This document shows, piece after piece, positions 56,263 to 64,000 of a DNA stretch of 64,000 nt (positions are counted from its first letter, which is position 1; the number at the start of each line of letters is the position of its first letter). Under the pieces are notes generated by a model that was not told the DNA's origin, searched no databases, and was given only the letters and a program-made list of their open reading frames with translations. The position numbers and the translations under genes are program-made. Where the stretch lies: positions 11,151 through 75,150 of IMG/VR virus record IMGVR_UViG_3300031772_000014. The stretch is one strand, 5' to 3'. The DNA comes from a virus.

Positions 56263-59200
56263 ATGAGGTTCCTGGTCAGGTTGATCCGGTCTGGGATGAA
56301 CGCCGCCAGCCTGCCCAGGTTGATACGGTCCTCGCTCTTCTCGAGGGACACCGACCGGTCGTTCTCGTAGACGATGCCGTAGAGCGTGATGGGGTTCACG
56401 ATGCTCTCGGTACCACGCTGCACGAGGATGGCCGAGATGTCCGAGACCTCTAGCTGCTGCTCCGGGAAGGTCGCCTGGATGAGCGTCTCGATGGCGGGCT
56501 GAACGTCCGCGACCTTCGGGCCTCCGGAGTACTGGAGGTCGAAGCGGATGAAGTGCGGCATGAGGTGCCGGGCCAGCGGGCTCGAGCAGATGACCCGCTC
56601 TGTCTCGGCCAGGAGGAAGCTGTTGATGCTCCCAGTGAGCGACGAGTACTCGTAGTTCACCTGGATGTTCTGCCCGGACACCTGCGTGGAGTTCACGGGG
56701 TCGTCGTCCGTCCCGATCTCGTTGATGGTCCGAGACACGTGCAGACGCACCTCCTCCGCGGCGGAGAAGACCAGGTCCTCGTTGTCGGTCGTGAGGTAGT
56801 ACCCGTCAGACTTGTACTTCCCCGGCTCCATGTAGATGTCGTTGCCGATGTTGTACACGTCGCCCGCTCCCTCTGAGACGAGCTCGACGTCCCAGTAGTA
56901 GAAGCCCGCGGGGCCGATGTTCAGCGACATCGAGGTAGCTCCGATCCTCTGTGAGCCAGGACGGAACACCTTGAACTGCTGGTTGGGGACGGTGAGCGGG
57001 ATGGCGGGGAACGCCGGCGAGACCGTCACGAGGTTGCCAGCAAGAGCCGTGATCAAATACCTACCAGCGTGCGGGGACTGATTGTTGACGTCCGTCAGGG
57101 GGAGGCCGAGGACCGCGTTCGCGGTACCGAAACCACGGATGATGATCAGAACCTCCGGGTCGAACTTGATGGCGTTCGTGCCCGTCAGGCTCGCGATGGT
57201 CTTCCCGATGTTGCTGTTGATCTGGGAGATGATCCCAGCACGCGTGACCTCCGTGGGGAGAATCGCGTTCGAGTCGTGGATGAACGTGATGACTCGATCA
57301 GCCGCGTTGTCGAACGAGATGATCAGCGTCTTGAGGTTCGCAACTACCGGATCAGGTAGCGGGATGGTTCCGAAGATGGGGCGGTAGTCGACAACCAGGA
57401 TGTCGAGACCCGCGATGATCTGCTTGTTGATGAAGTCCGTGCTGACCGACGACAACGTGTTTACCGTACTGAACCCATCATGCGGCTTTGGTCCCGCCGG
57501 CAACGCGGGGATGTGCTGCGAGTCCAGGGTGGGGTCTGGGTAGTACCGAAGCACGGACTGCGTGTCCGGGTTCGTGGCCGTGAAGACCGTGTCCTGCGAT
57601 ACCTCCACGGTGGTGGGCTCTAGGAAGTAGAGACGGGTCTTCCCAAGGGACCTGGCACCAATCTCCGAATGCACGAAGACCTCTGGGGCGAAGTCGTGGT
57701 TGACCGAGATACCCTTGGGGTACGTGAGTCCCACGATGGGCGAAGCCAGCGCGGTGCCGGGGTACGGGTTCACGCCCGCCATCGTGAAGAAGCCGGTCTG
57801 CTTCCCATCGATGGTCTGGAAGACATCGAAGGTCAGGTCGATGGGAGGGCGAACCGAGTCCACGAAGAAGTTCGCCGCAGCAGAGACCAGGTCAGACCTG
57901 GCCATCGTGGAGTCGACGTAGATCAGAGCTCCAGGGAAACCACCGTCACCAAAGATCTCCGGGATGGCCGAGGTCGCCAGGGCCGTGTCACCGATGATCT
58001 GCACCTTGCCGTTCACGGGAATGATGCCCACGCGGTTACCGGGCAGCAGGACAGCGGCCGGACCCACGACGGGGTTCAAGACAGCGTTGATCTCCAGGAC
58101 GATGTTCGCCGCAGAGATTGGGTTCGCGCCCGCGAAGACAATGGAGAAGTCAGGCAGCGGAGGTAGCGGCGGAGCTGGCTGCGCGAAGCGGATGACCAGC
58201 AACTTGCCCTGTAGCGCGGCAGCCCCCGTGGGCAGCTTGGTACCCACGACGCCCAGCAAGGTGTCGGTGATGTCGACCTTGATCCCCTTCGCGGGGTTCG
58301 AGAACGCCAAGGAGTACCCACCGAGCGTCTTCGCGTAGGGGATGTTCGATCCGATGGGCTGGCTGCTCGCATCCAGGAGGTTGATGCTCGTGACCCGCAC
58401 GAACGGACGAATCACTCCCCCGCCCTTGTTCGGCTTGAAGACCGTGAAGATCACCCCAGAGGTCGTGTGCGGTACCGCGTGATCCAGAACGAGTTGCGAG
58501 AAGTTCGGGAACGGGGTCACGGCCGTGATCGTGTAGTCCCCGACATCCGCCCCCGACTCGATACGGAGTACATCCCCGATGGCGGTCCCGTACTGGTCGA
58601 AGTTCACGCCCGACGCGGTCGTCACGGTCGTGGAAGCCTGGAAGGTCTGGAGGTCGCTTCCGCTGATCCTCGTCTCCTTGGGTTCCACGAAGTCGATGTC
58701 GATGATGTCGAGGAGACGCCAGCGGAAAGGTCCAGCCAGAACCGGGAACGGCGCGTACACGGCAAACGCCGGGTTGCCGAGGATCGTGAAGGGCTGTGCC
58801 GCCGCGGCTATCCGGTAGATACCCGCCGCAGGGCCATCCATGATCTGAAGCGTGTAGAGCTTCTGGGCCGCGGTCGCGATGGCCTCGTAGGTGTTGTCCC
58901 CGTTGATGTAGTTGGCACCAGGGAAGGGGGAGAGGATGAGGTCCTCGAGGGTCACGGTGCCGCCGCCGCTGGAAGACCCAAGCACCCCTGAAAGCACGGG
59001 CCTGTCGTCCACGACGTTGTTGATCACAAGAGCATTCGTGTCGAGGACCGTACCCCTCACGTAGGTGTCCGCAGAGCCACCGACGTGGATGGTCCCATCG
59101 GGGATCGTCACGGTTCCGTTCGGGCTGTCTGGGAACAGGATCCCGCCTGGGATCTTGGACAACGTGAGCTCGCTCTTCCTGAAACTCCAGGTGATGTTGA

Positions 59201-60335
59201 ACAGCGCGAGAGGCAACGTCTGGTCCACGAAGTCCACAGTGGTGGGGTCCACGACGGATTTGATCACGAAGTCACGCGCGGGAGGCGCACCAAGGAAAGC
59301 TCCGCTCAGGGTGATCGTGTAGCCCTTCGCGGACACGTCGAAGCCCGGTGGACCGATCAACGCCACGAAGTCGATCAGGCCATCCAGTGCGGTGTCCACC
59401 TTGAAGCGCCTGGTGGTTGCCTTGTTGTCGCCGTCGTTCTGACTCAGTCCATGGAGGCCGGCACGAACCAACTTGCCAAGGCCCCCGCCCTCGATGATGT
59501 CCCGATGCATCTCCGGGTCGTTGAACCCCACCACGTTCAGGCGGGTCATCTCCGGGAAGTTCTTCATGAGCTGGGCGACGATGCCCCGCTTCGTGACCAG
59601 GGACCGCTCCGTGAGCTCCTGCTGGACGCGGTTGATGTAGTCGACCGCGGTCTCTGCCGCGATGCCGTTCTTGAAGCGTCCCTTGTTGGTGACCCTCACC
59701 GCTGAGTCGAGACCCTGGATGGTCGCAAGCTCGCCGGGCTCGATGTTGTACTGGTCGCCTGCCTGCTCGGCCGAGACGTTCACGTCGAAGTAGTAGAGAC
59801 CGCCCTCGACGTTGAAGAGCATCTCGTCCACGGAGATGCTCTGCACAGACGTGGGGAAGAAGCTCAGACCCGACCTCGAGATACACACGTTGGCCGGGTT
59901 GATGCTCTTGCTCTGTGGCTGGGAGAAGTACACCCGGCAAACTCCGCTCGCGAACTTCCCGGTGTGACGCTCGCTGAAGAAGTTCGCCCCCAGGGCCTCG
60001 GCCTCGTCCACGGTGAGCGTGGCTGGGTCCCTGAAAGAAAGGTTGTTCTTCACCCGCTGGTTCTCCCGGACCACTGGGTCCAGGAAGAGCTCCGTGGGCT
60101 TCACGAGCATGTCCGTGAGCGCATCACCATCGCGCGTGGAGAAGTCCGGGAACTCCTGCGTGAGTCGGTCGAGCAGGAACGCCCGGACATCCACCGCGAA
60201 CGGATCTGGGCCTAGCCGCCGCAAGAGCGGTTGGATCACGATGTTGTCTACGTTCGACCCCGAACCCGTGTCGATGTTCGCGTCGTACAGAGACAGACGT
60301 TCCTGAAGGAACGCTTGGAGATCCAGAATCGACAT
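56259..60335 (-). CDS. Baseplate J-like protein, greatly enlarged (1358 aa)
   Basis: LGANFFSERHTGKFASG, AEQAGDQYNI, NGIAAET...YINR, GGSADTYVRG. Confidence 0.75.
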   Translation of the reverse strand: MSILDLQAFLQERLSLYDANIDTGSGSNVDNIVIQPLLRRLGPDPFAVDVRAFLLDRLTQEFPDFSTRDGDALTDMLVKPTELFLDPVVRENQRVKNNLSFRDPATLTVDEAEALGANFFSERHTGKFASGVCRVYFSQPQSKSINPANVCISRSGLSFFPTSVQSISVDEMLFNVEGGLYYFDVNVSAEQAGDQYNIEPGELATIQGLDSAVRVTNKGRFKNGIAAETAVDYINRVQQELTERSLVTKRGIVAQLMKNFPEMTRLNVVGFNDPEMHRDIIEGGGLGKLVRAGLHGLSQNDGDNKATTRRFKVDTALDGLIDFVALIGPPGFDVSAKGYTITLSGAFLGAPPARDFVIKSVVDPTTVDFVDQTLPLALFNITWSFRKSELTLSKIPGGILFPDSPNGTVTIPDGTIHVGGSADTYVRGTVLDTNALVINNVVDDRPVLSGVLGSSSGGGTVTLEDLILSPFPGANYINGDNTYEAIATAAQKLYTLQIMDGPAAGIYRIAAAAQPFTILGNPAFAVYAPFPVLAGPFRWRLLDIIDIDFVEPKETRISGSDLQTFQASTTVTTASGVNFDQYGTAIGDVLRIESGADVGDYTITAVTPFPNFSQLVLDHAVPHTTSGVIFTVFKPNKGGGVIRPFVRVTSINLLDASSQPIGSNIPYAKTLGGYSLAFSNPAKGIKVDITDTLLGVVGTKLPTGAAALQGKLLVIRFAQPAPPLPPLPDFSIVFAGANPISAANIVLEINAVLNPVVGPAAVLLPGNRVGIIPVNGKVQIIGDTALATSAIPEIFGDGGFPGALIYVDSTMARSDLVSAAANFFVDSVRPPIDLTFDVFQTIDGKQTGFFTMAGVNPYPGTALASPIVGLTYPKGISVNHDFAPEVFVHSEIGARSLGKTRLYFLEPTTVEVSQDTVFTATNPDTQSVLRYYPDPTLDSQHIPALPAGPKPHDGFSTVNTLSSVSTDFINKQIIAGLDILVVDYRPIFGTIPLPDPVVANLKTLIISFDNAADRVITFIHDSNAILPTEVTRAGIISQINSNIGKTIASLTGTNAIKFDPEVLIIIRGFGTANAVLGLPLTDVNNQSPHAGRYLITALAGNLVTVSPAFPAIPLTVPNQQFKVFRPGSQRIGATSMSLNIGPAGFYYWDVELVSEGAGDVYNIGNDIYMEPGKYKSDGYYLTTDNEDLVFSAAEEVRLHVSRTINEIGTDDDPVNSTQVSGQNIQVNYEYSSLTGSINSFLLAETERVICSSPLARHLMPHFIRFDLQYSGGPKVADVQPAIETLIQATFPEQQLEVSDISAILVQRGTESIVNPITLYGIVYENDRSVSLEKSEDRINLGRLAAFIPDRINLTRNLI

Positions 60336-60380
60336 GGGAGGGAGCCTACCAGGGGCGGGCTCCCTAGCCCAAGTTCATCA

Positions 60381-60578
60381 TCACGCGGCTTGAAGAACGA
60401 GCGTCATCGCTCGGCTGCGGAACGGGTTCCGGACGTCCTTCGCGACTGCCTTCAGGGCCTTGTAGACACAGGGCTCCAGCACCTTGCGGTTCGAGGCGAA
60501 CTGCATCTCGATCTCCGACAGGAAGTGCTCAGACGTGGTCATCGCGGTCTCGTGGTTCTCGTGGATCTGGTGTGCCAT
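60381..60578 (-). CDS. Small hypothetical protein (65 aa)
   Basis: ATG 60578 with AAGGGGG upstream. Confidence 0.5.
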   Translation of the reverse strand: MAHQIHENHETAMTTSEHFLSEIEMQFASNRKVLEPCVYKALKAVAKDVRNPFRSRAMTLVLQAA

Positions 60579-60636
60579 GGTGGACCCCCTTCGTGGGTGT
60601 CTTACAAGGCTACTTTGACGTAAGAGGTTCGCCTTG

Positions 60637-60939
60637 TCACGTAACATCTGCATGTACTGGAACGTAAGCCTCCGAAACCTTCGCGGCAACCTCGGCTCCC
60701 ACTTCCTCGATCACCATCGCGAGCATCCGAACATCGGTGATGTTCTCTGGAAGCAGTAGACCGATGTGCCTGTCCAGTAGAGACGTCGTGAGTTGGGTGA
60801 GGGTCCCGTAGTAGCCAACCGTGGACCACACCTCGTTGCCCTGCGTGGGCCCTTCCTTCTTGATCACCGACCGCTTCTGGAGCTGCTTGTCAGAGCCGTC
60901 GATCTCGATACGGAGGTTCTCGTTGAGCTGGATGATCAT
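60637..60939 (-). CDS. Hypothetical protein
   Basis: ATGA coupling; W.TVGYY motif. Confidence 0.65.
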   Translation of the reverse strand: MIIQLNENLRIEIDGSDKQLQKRSVIKKEGPTQGNEVWSTVGYYGTLTQLTTSLLDRHIGLLLPENITDVRMLAMVIEEVGAEVAAKVSEAYVPVHADVT

Positions 60940-61541
60940 CGCTTCTTCCCCTTGGACTTCCAGTGAGTGATGGCCTGCTCGGCAAACTTGGTCATCTCGG
61001 TCATCTCTTCTGGAAGCTTGCCGAGCTGCTTCGTGAAGAGCATCCCTGCCGTCTTCGCGTCCGCCAGCGCTCGGTGCGCGGGCTCTTGCTGTGGTACCCC
61101 GTACCTTGAGGAAAGGTCACCGAGCTTCCAACCACGACCCGCGGCATCCGTCTTGAAGTCGATGCACTGCGTGCACGCGTGAACCTCCACCGCTGGGAGC
61201 TTCATACCCAAGCGGTCGAACTCCTGCCGGAGCATCCGCAGATCGAAGTCGATGTTGTGAGCCACCCACACGTCCGCCTTGTTGAACTCCGACCAGACCA
61301 GGTTGGCCATGTCCCCGAAGTGCGGGGCGTCCTCGAGCATGTCGAGCGTGATGTGATTGATCCCCAAGGCTTCCTGCACCCTCGGGTTCGACCAGTCCAC
61401 GTCAGGGCTAAAGAAGGACGACCACTCGTCCACGGCCTCGCCGTTGACGAACTCCACGATGGCGAGCTCGAGGATCCTCGCGTCAGGACCGAAGCCCGTG
61501 GTCTCGGTATCGAACGCGATGAAGTAGTCCTTCCATGGCAT
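60936..61541 (-). CDS. DEDDh 3'-5' exonuclease (DnaQ-like)
   Basis: AFDTETTG, VAHNIDFD, HRALADA. Confidence 0.9.
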   Translation of the reverse strand: MPWKDYFIAFDTETTGFGPDARILELAIVEFVNGEAVDEWSSFFSPDVDWSNPRVQEALGINHITLDMLEDAPHFGDMANLVWSEFNKADVWVAHNIDFDLRMLRQEFDRLGMKLPAVEVHACTQCIDFKTDAAGRGWKLGDLSSRYGVPQQEPAHRALADAKTAGMLFTKQLGKLPEEMTEMTKFAEQAITHWKSKGKKR

Positions 61542-61555
61542 GGAAGGGTTGTAGC

Positions 61556-61575
61556 TGTCTTACGGGCGTAAGACA
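61556..61575. promoter_or_regulatory. Perfect 9-bp inverted repeat (operator/promoter-like)
   Basis: TGTCTTACG-gg-CGTAAGACA; related half-sites at 60598-60625. Confidence 0.5.
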
Positions 61576-61580
61576 ATAAC

Positions 61581-61748
61581 TTACTTCTGCTTCGTGGCCA
61601 GCAAGTACTCCACGCCCTGCGCGTCCACGAGCACGATGGAACCCTCGTGGTAAACGGGCTTCATGTCCTCGAGCTTCACCTGCAAAACCTTGCGCGCGAG
61701 GTACACCGAAGGCTTCTCGGCCACGACCTTGATCTCGTCACTCGCCAT
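61581..61748 (-). CDS. 55-aa hypothetical protein MASDEIKVV...LATKQK (not in track)
   Basis: GGAAGGA SD; fills the gap; ends TAA. Confidence 0.6.
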   Translation of the reverse strand: MASDEIKVVAEKPSVYLARKVLQVKLEDMKPVYHEGSIVLVDAQGVEYLLATKQK

Positions 61749-62013
61749 CTTGTTCCTTCCAGCAACCTCGGTCCACGAGGATCATACGGAGCGCGTAGGC
61801 ATCCTGAAGAGGTACGCCGTAGCTACGAAGCTTGTGGATCGTGTGGTCCACGTAGTCCTTGACGTACTGGGGCAGCGGGTAGTTGCCAGCGGTTTCAACC
61901 ATGTCCGTCAAGGCCATGGTCAACCCCTCCAGGAGTTTGAGCTGACCCTCCTCGGACCGCATGAGGATGTCGATGATCTCCCGCCCGAGCTGTAGTCCCC
62001 GTTCTTGCTTCAT
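61738..62013 (-). CDS. Hypothetical protein (91 aa)
   Basis: ATGA coupling to the upstream gene. Confidence 0.6.
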   Translation of the reverse strand: MKQERGLQLGREIIDILMRSEEGQLKLLEGLTMALTDMVETAGNYPLPQYVKDYVDHTIHKLRSYGVPLQDAYALRMILVDRGCWKEQDGE

Positions 62014-63491
62014 GGCTTCTTCTTCTTGCTTCTACCAGAGGGTACCTTTGGAGGTGTCGGCTTTTGCGGGGTGAAGGTCACGCTCGAAACCCTAGTGACA
62101 GACACGGAGGTCGGGGGCGGCCTCTTTTGCACGGTCGGCGGCACCGAGCCCCGAAGGACATGATCCGGTGGAGGCTTGGGTACGAAGGGATGCAACTCCA
62201 CGCCGATAAAGAACCCCGCCGAAGAGGCAAACCCCAGAGAGTCGAAGAACGCCTTCGTGCCGTTGGACAGGAACGTGGGGCTGGACGTGAAGGCCATGGA
62301 AGCTTCCATGACGTTGGCGGTCGAGAAGGTAAGCGCTGTCGTGGCCCCAAGAGTTCTGGATGCGACCAAGTCCGCCAGTGCAAAGCTCGACAAGCCCGAC
62401 ACGGCAACGAAGACCGCCTGGACGAGCTGCTCTGTCGTTACATCAAGCACCAGATCGGCCGTGACGTTCGACAACGTCTGGTTGCTCAAGAACGCCGCGT
62501 TCGAGGTATCCCCGAACTGCGCGGACGCATCCATGGATTGGGAGGCTTCGAGGACCAACCCGGCGCTCGAGCTCATCGAGGCCACGACCGAGTAGAACCC
62601 AGAGGCGACCATGTCCACGATGGCCGTCGATGTAAGGCCGCTCCCCGACGCGAGGGTGGTGCTCGCCACCGCGTCGAGCACCGAGGCAGGCAGGAACCCC
62701 GAAGCACTCAACAGCGCCAAGGACGCCACGGCATCGTGCGAGGCGCTGAGCTGCACGGCCGAGGTGGCGGGGAGGGTCAAGAAGCCAACCAGGTCCGCGT
62801 TGACCGAGGACGAGAAGCCCGTGCTCGAGAGCAACGACAAGTCCGCCACGAAGGCCAAACCCCCAGTGGACGCCACCGCCGCAGAAGACACCAGAGACAG
62901 GTCTACGGGAAAGGTTGCCGTCGTGTCGCTGGCGTAGCTCTCGCTGGAGCTCGACAGCGATAGGTCTGCCAGGAAGTCGACCAGCACCTCCGGCGTGAGG
63001 AACCCCGAGGAGGTCAAGGTCAACGACCCCGAGAGGATCACCGGGACGTTGTAGAGGCGTACGTCCGCCGCGTTGGGATCTGGCGGGACGCGCAGCCAGA
63101 CGTCGTTCCTGTCGGAGGGACGGTCAGACACGAACGCCAGCGGGACCAGGGGCATCCTGGCCGCCACCGACACGGTCGAGGTGGGCGTGACGACCACCGA
63201 TGGCTGAGGGGCCATCAGGGCGCTGGAGACGACGGTGATCCCTGGCGCGACGGGCGGTACCCCGATCTTGACGTCGTTCGCCCGAACGGTCGGGCTGGTC
63301 ACGAACGATGTGGCCTGGAGGGCCAGGCTGGGCGTCGCCGGTGAGGGCAGGAGCCCCGACACCGCAACCACGGCCGAGAGGACCAGCAGGGGCGCGGCCA
63401 CGCCGGCAAGACTGGTCTCCGTGGCAGGAGCCCGTAGTCGAACGTCCTCTCTGGCTACTTCTCCGCTGAATAGCCGGACATCGACCGCCAT
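62010..63491 (-). CDS. Ser/Ala-rich repetitive virion fibre-like protein
   Basis: Likely start ATG 63491 (MAVDVRLF); roughly 20-aa degenerate repeats; Pro/Lys-rich tail. Confidence 0.55.
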   Translation of the reverse strand: MAVDVRLFSGEVAREDVRLRAPATETSLAGVAAPLLVLSAVVAVSGLLPSPATPSLALQATSFVTSPTVRANDVKIGVPPVAPGITVVSSALMAPQPSVVVTPTSTVSVAARMPLVPLAFVSDRPSDRNDVWLRVPPDPNAADVRLYNVPVILSGSLTLTSSGFLTPEVLVDFLADLSLSSSSESYASDTTATFPVDLSLVSSAAVASTGGLAFVADLSLLSSTGFSSSVNADLVGFLTLPATSAVQLSASHDAVASLALLSASGFLPASVLDAVASTTLASGSGLTSTAIVDMVASGFYSVVASMSSSAGLVLEASQSMDASAQFGDTSNAAFLSNQTLSNVTADLVLDVTTEQLVQAVFVAVSGLSSFALADLVASRTLGATTALTFSTANVMEASMAFTSSPTFLSNGTKAFFDSLGFASSAGFFIGVELHPFVPKPPPDHVLRGSVPPTVQKRPPPTSVSVTRVSSVTFTPQKPTPPKVPSGRSKKKKP

Positions 63492-63511
63492 GGCTAACCC
63501 TACATCAAGCA

Positions 63512-64000
63512 TCACGTAGATGTCGCCTGGGTGTGTGTAAGCTCCACCCAGAGTGCGCCGGTGAAGATGAGAGACATGCTACCGCCCTCATCGATCCGCG
63601 AGTTGGCGTTCGAGAGCATGAGCCCGAACGCCACACCTCTGTCCAGCGTCAGATGCCCTGTACCTGGTGCACCCACGTTGTGCAGGATCACGACCTGACC
63701 CGCGACTGCCCCCACCCAGTTGACTATGGGCGTGCTGGTCAGCGACAAGTTACCCGCACAGGTAAACCGATGATAGGTCCCCACCGGGAGGAGCTGCTCC
63801 GTCACCAGGGTCAGGGCCTGGACGGGATTCAGGGTGTAGACCTGCGTCCCGGTACTTCCTGTACTTCCGCCATTCGTCGCCCAAGCGGCCCCATCCCAGA
63901 TGTAGAGGGTCGCGAGCGTCTGGTCGAAGAACGTGTGTCCTCGGTCAGCTACGCCAAGCAACGCACCGAGAGCTGTACGGTCTGCGGTGGTCCCGCCTGA
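63512..64000 (-). CDS. Virion fibre/decoration-type protein, C-terminal part (truncated by window edge)
   Basis: FFDQTLATLYIWDGAAW motif; GQVVILHN...LIFTGALWVE module. Confidence 0.6.
   Translation of the reverse strand, partial: SGGTTADRTALGALLGVADRGHTFFDQTLATLYIWDGAAWATNGGSTGSTGTQVYTLNPVQALTLVTEQLLPVGTYHRFTCAGNLSLTSTPIVNWVGAVAGQVVILHNVGAPGTGHLTLDRGVAFGLMLSNANSRIDEGGSMSLIFTGALWVELTHTQATST

Noticed and set aside
63492-63515. TTA at 63495 (and at 662) as internal Leu codons contradicting the stop hypothesis
   Set aside because: Both lie upstream of more plausible ATG starts (63491, 719), in N-terminal extensions chosen by the ORF caller.
1-64000. tRNA, tmRNA, rRNA or release-factor genes that could explain the TTA usage
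   Set aside because: No cloverleaf or GGQ-type release factor was recognisable; the GGQ strings seen lie in RNAP, spike and nuclease contexts. Any such factor would have to be outside the window or unrecognisable by eye.

Overview
A GC-rich, gene-dense segment of a large contractile-tailed (myovirus-like) phage genome, with no host housekeeping context. Minus-strand blocks encode virion and late functions: terminase large subunit (runs off the left edge), head proteins with repeated K-x-A motifs, portal, baseplate spike/J/wedge, two paralogous tail-fibre-like genes and a lysis-like cassette. They also encode a streamlined single-chain beta-beta' RNA polymerase. Plus-strand blocks encode a MoxR-AAA/VWA module and a replication/recombination set: SF2 helicase, UDG, DnaB, DnaG, Pol A, RecA, resolvases, Cas4-like nuclease, dCMP deaminase and dNMP kinase. 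Main discovery: TTA (normally Leu) appears to act as a fourth stop codon. Scanning by eye, I found no in-frame TTA inside the body of any credible gene. In-frame TTA sits exactly at the natural 3' end of five late-block genes (5232, 6548, 43960, 46304, 46989), overlapping or 2-10 nt before the next ATG. Under the standard code this produces the junk C-terminal extensions and the false 1118-aa fusion in the ORF track. Also found: a fixed-spacing promoter-like motif before all three rightward operons, two structured non-coding elements, and a candidate -1 frameshift that flips a C-terminus from basic to acidic. All calls come from motif recognition by eye; no searches were run.
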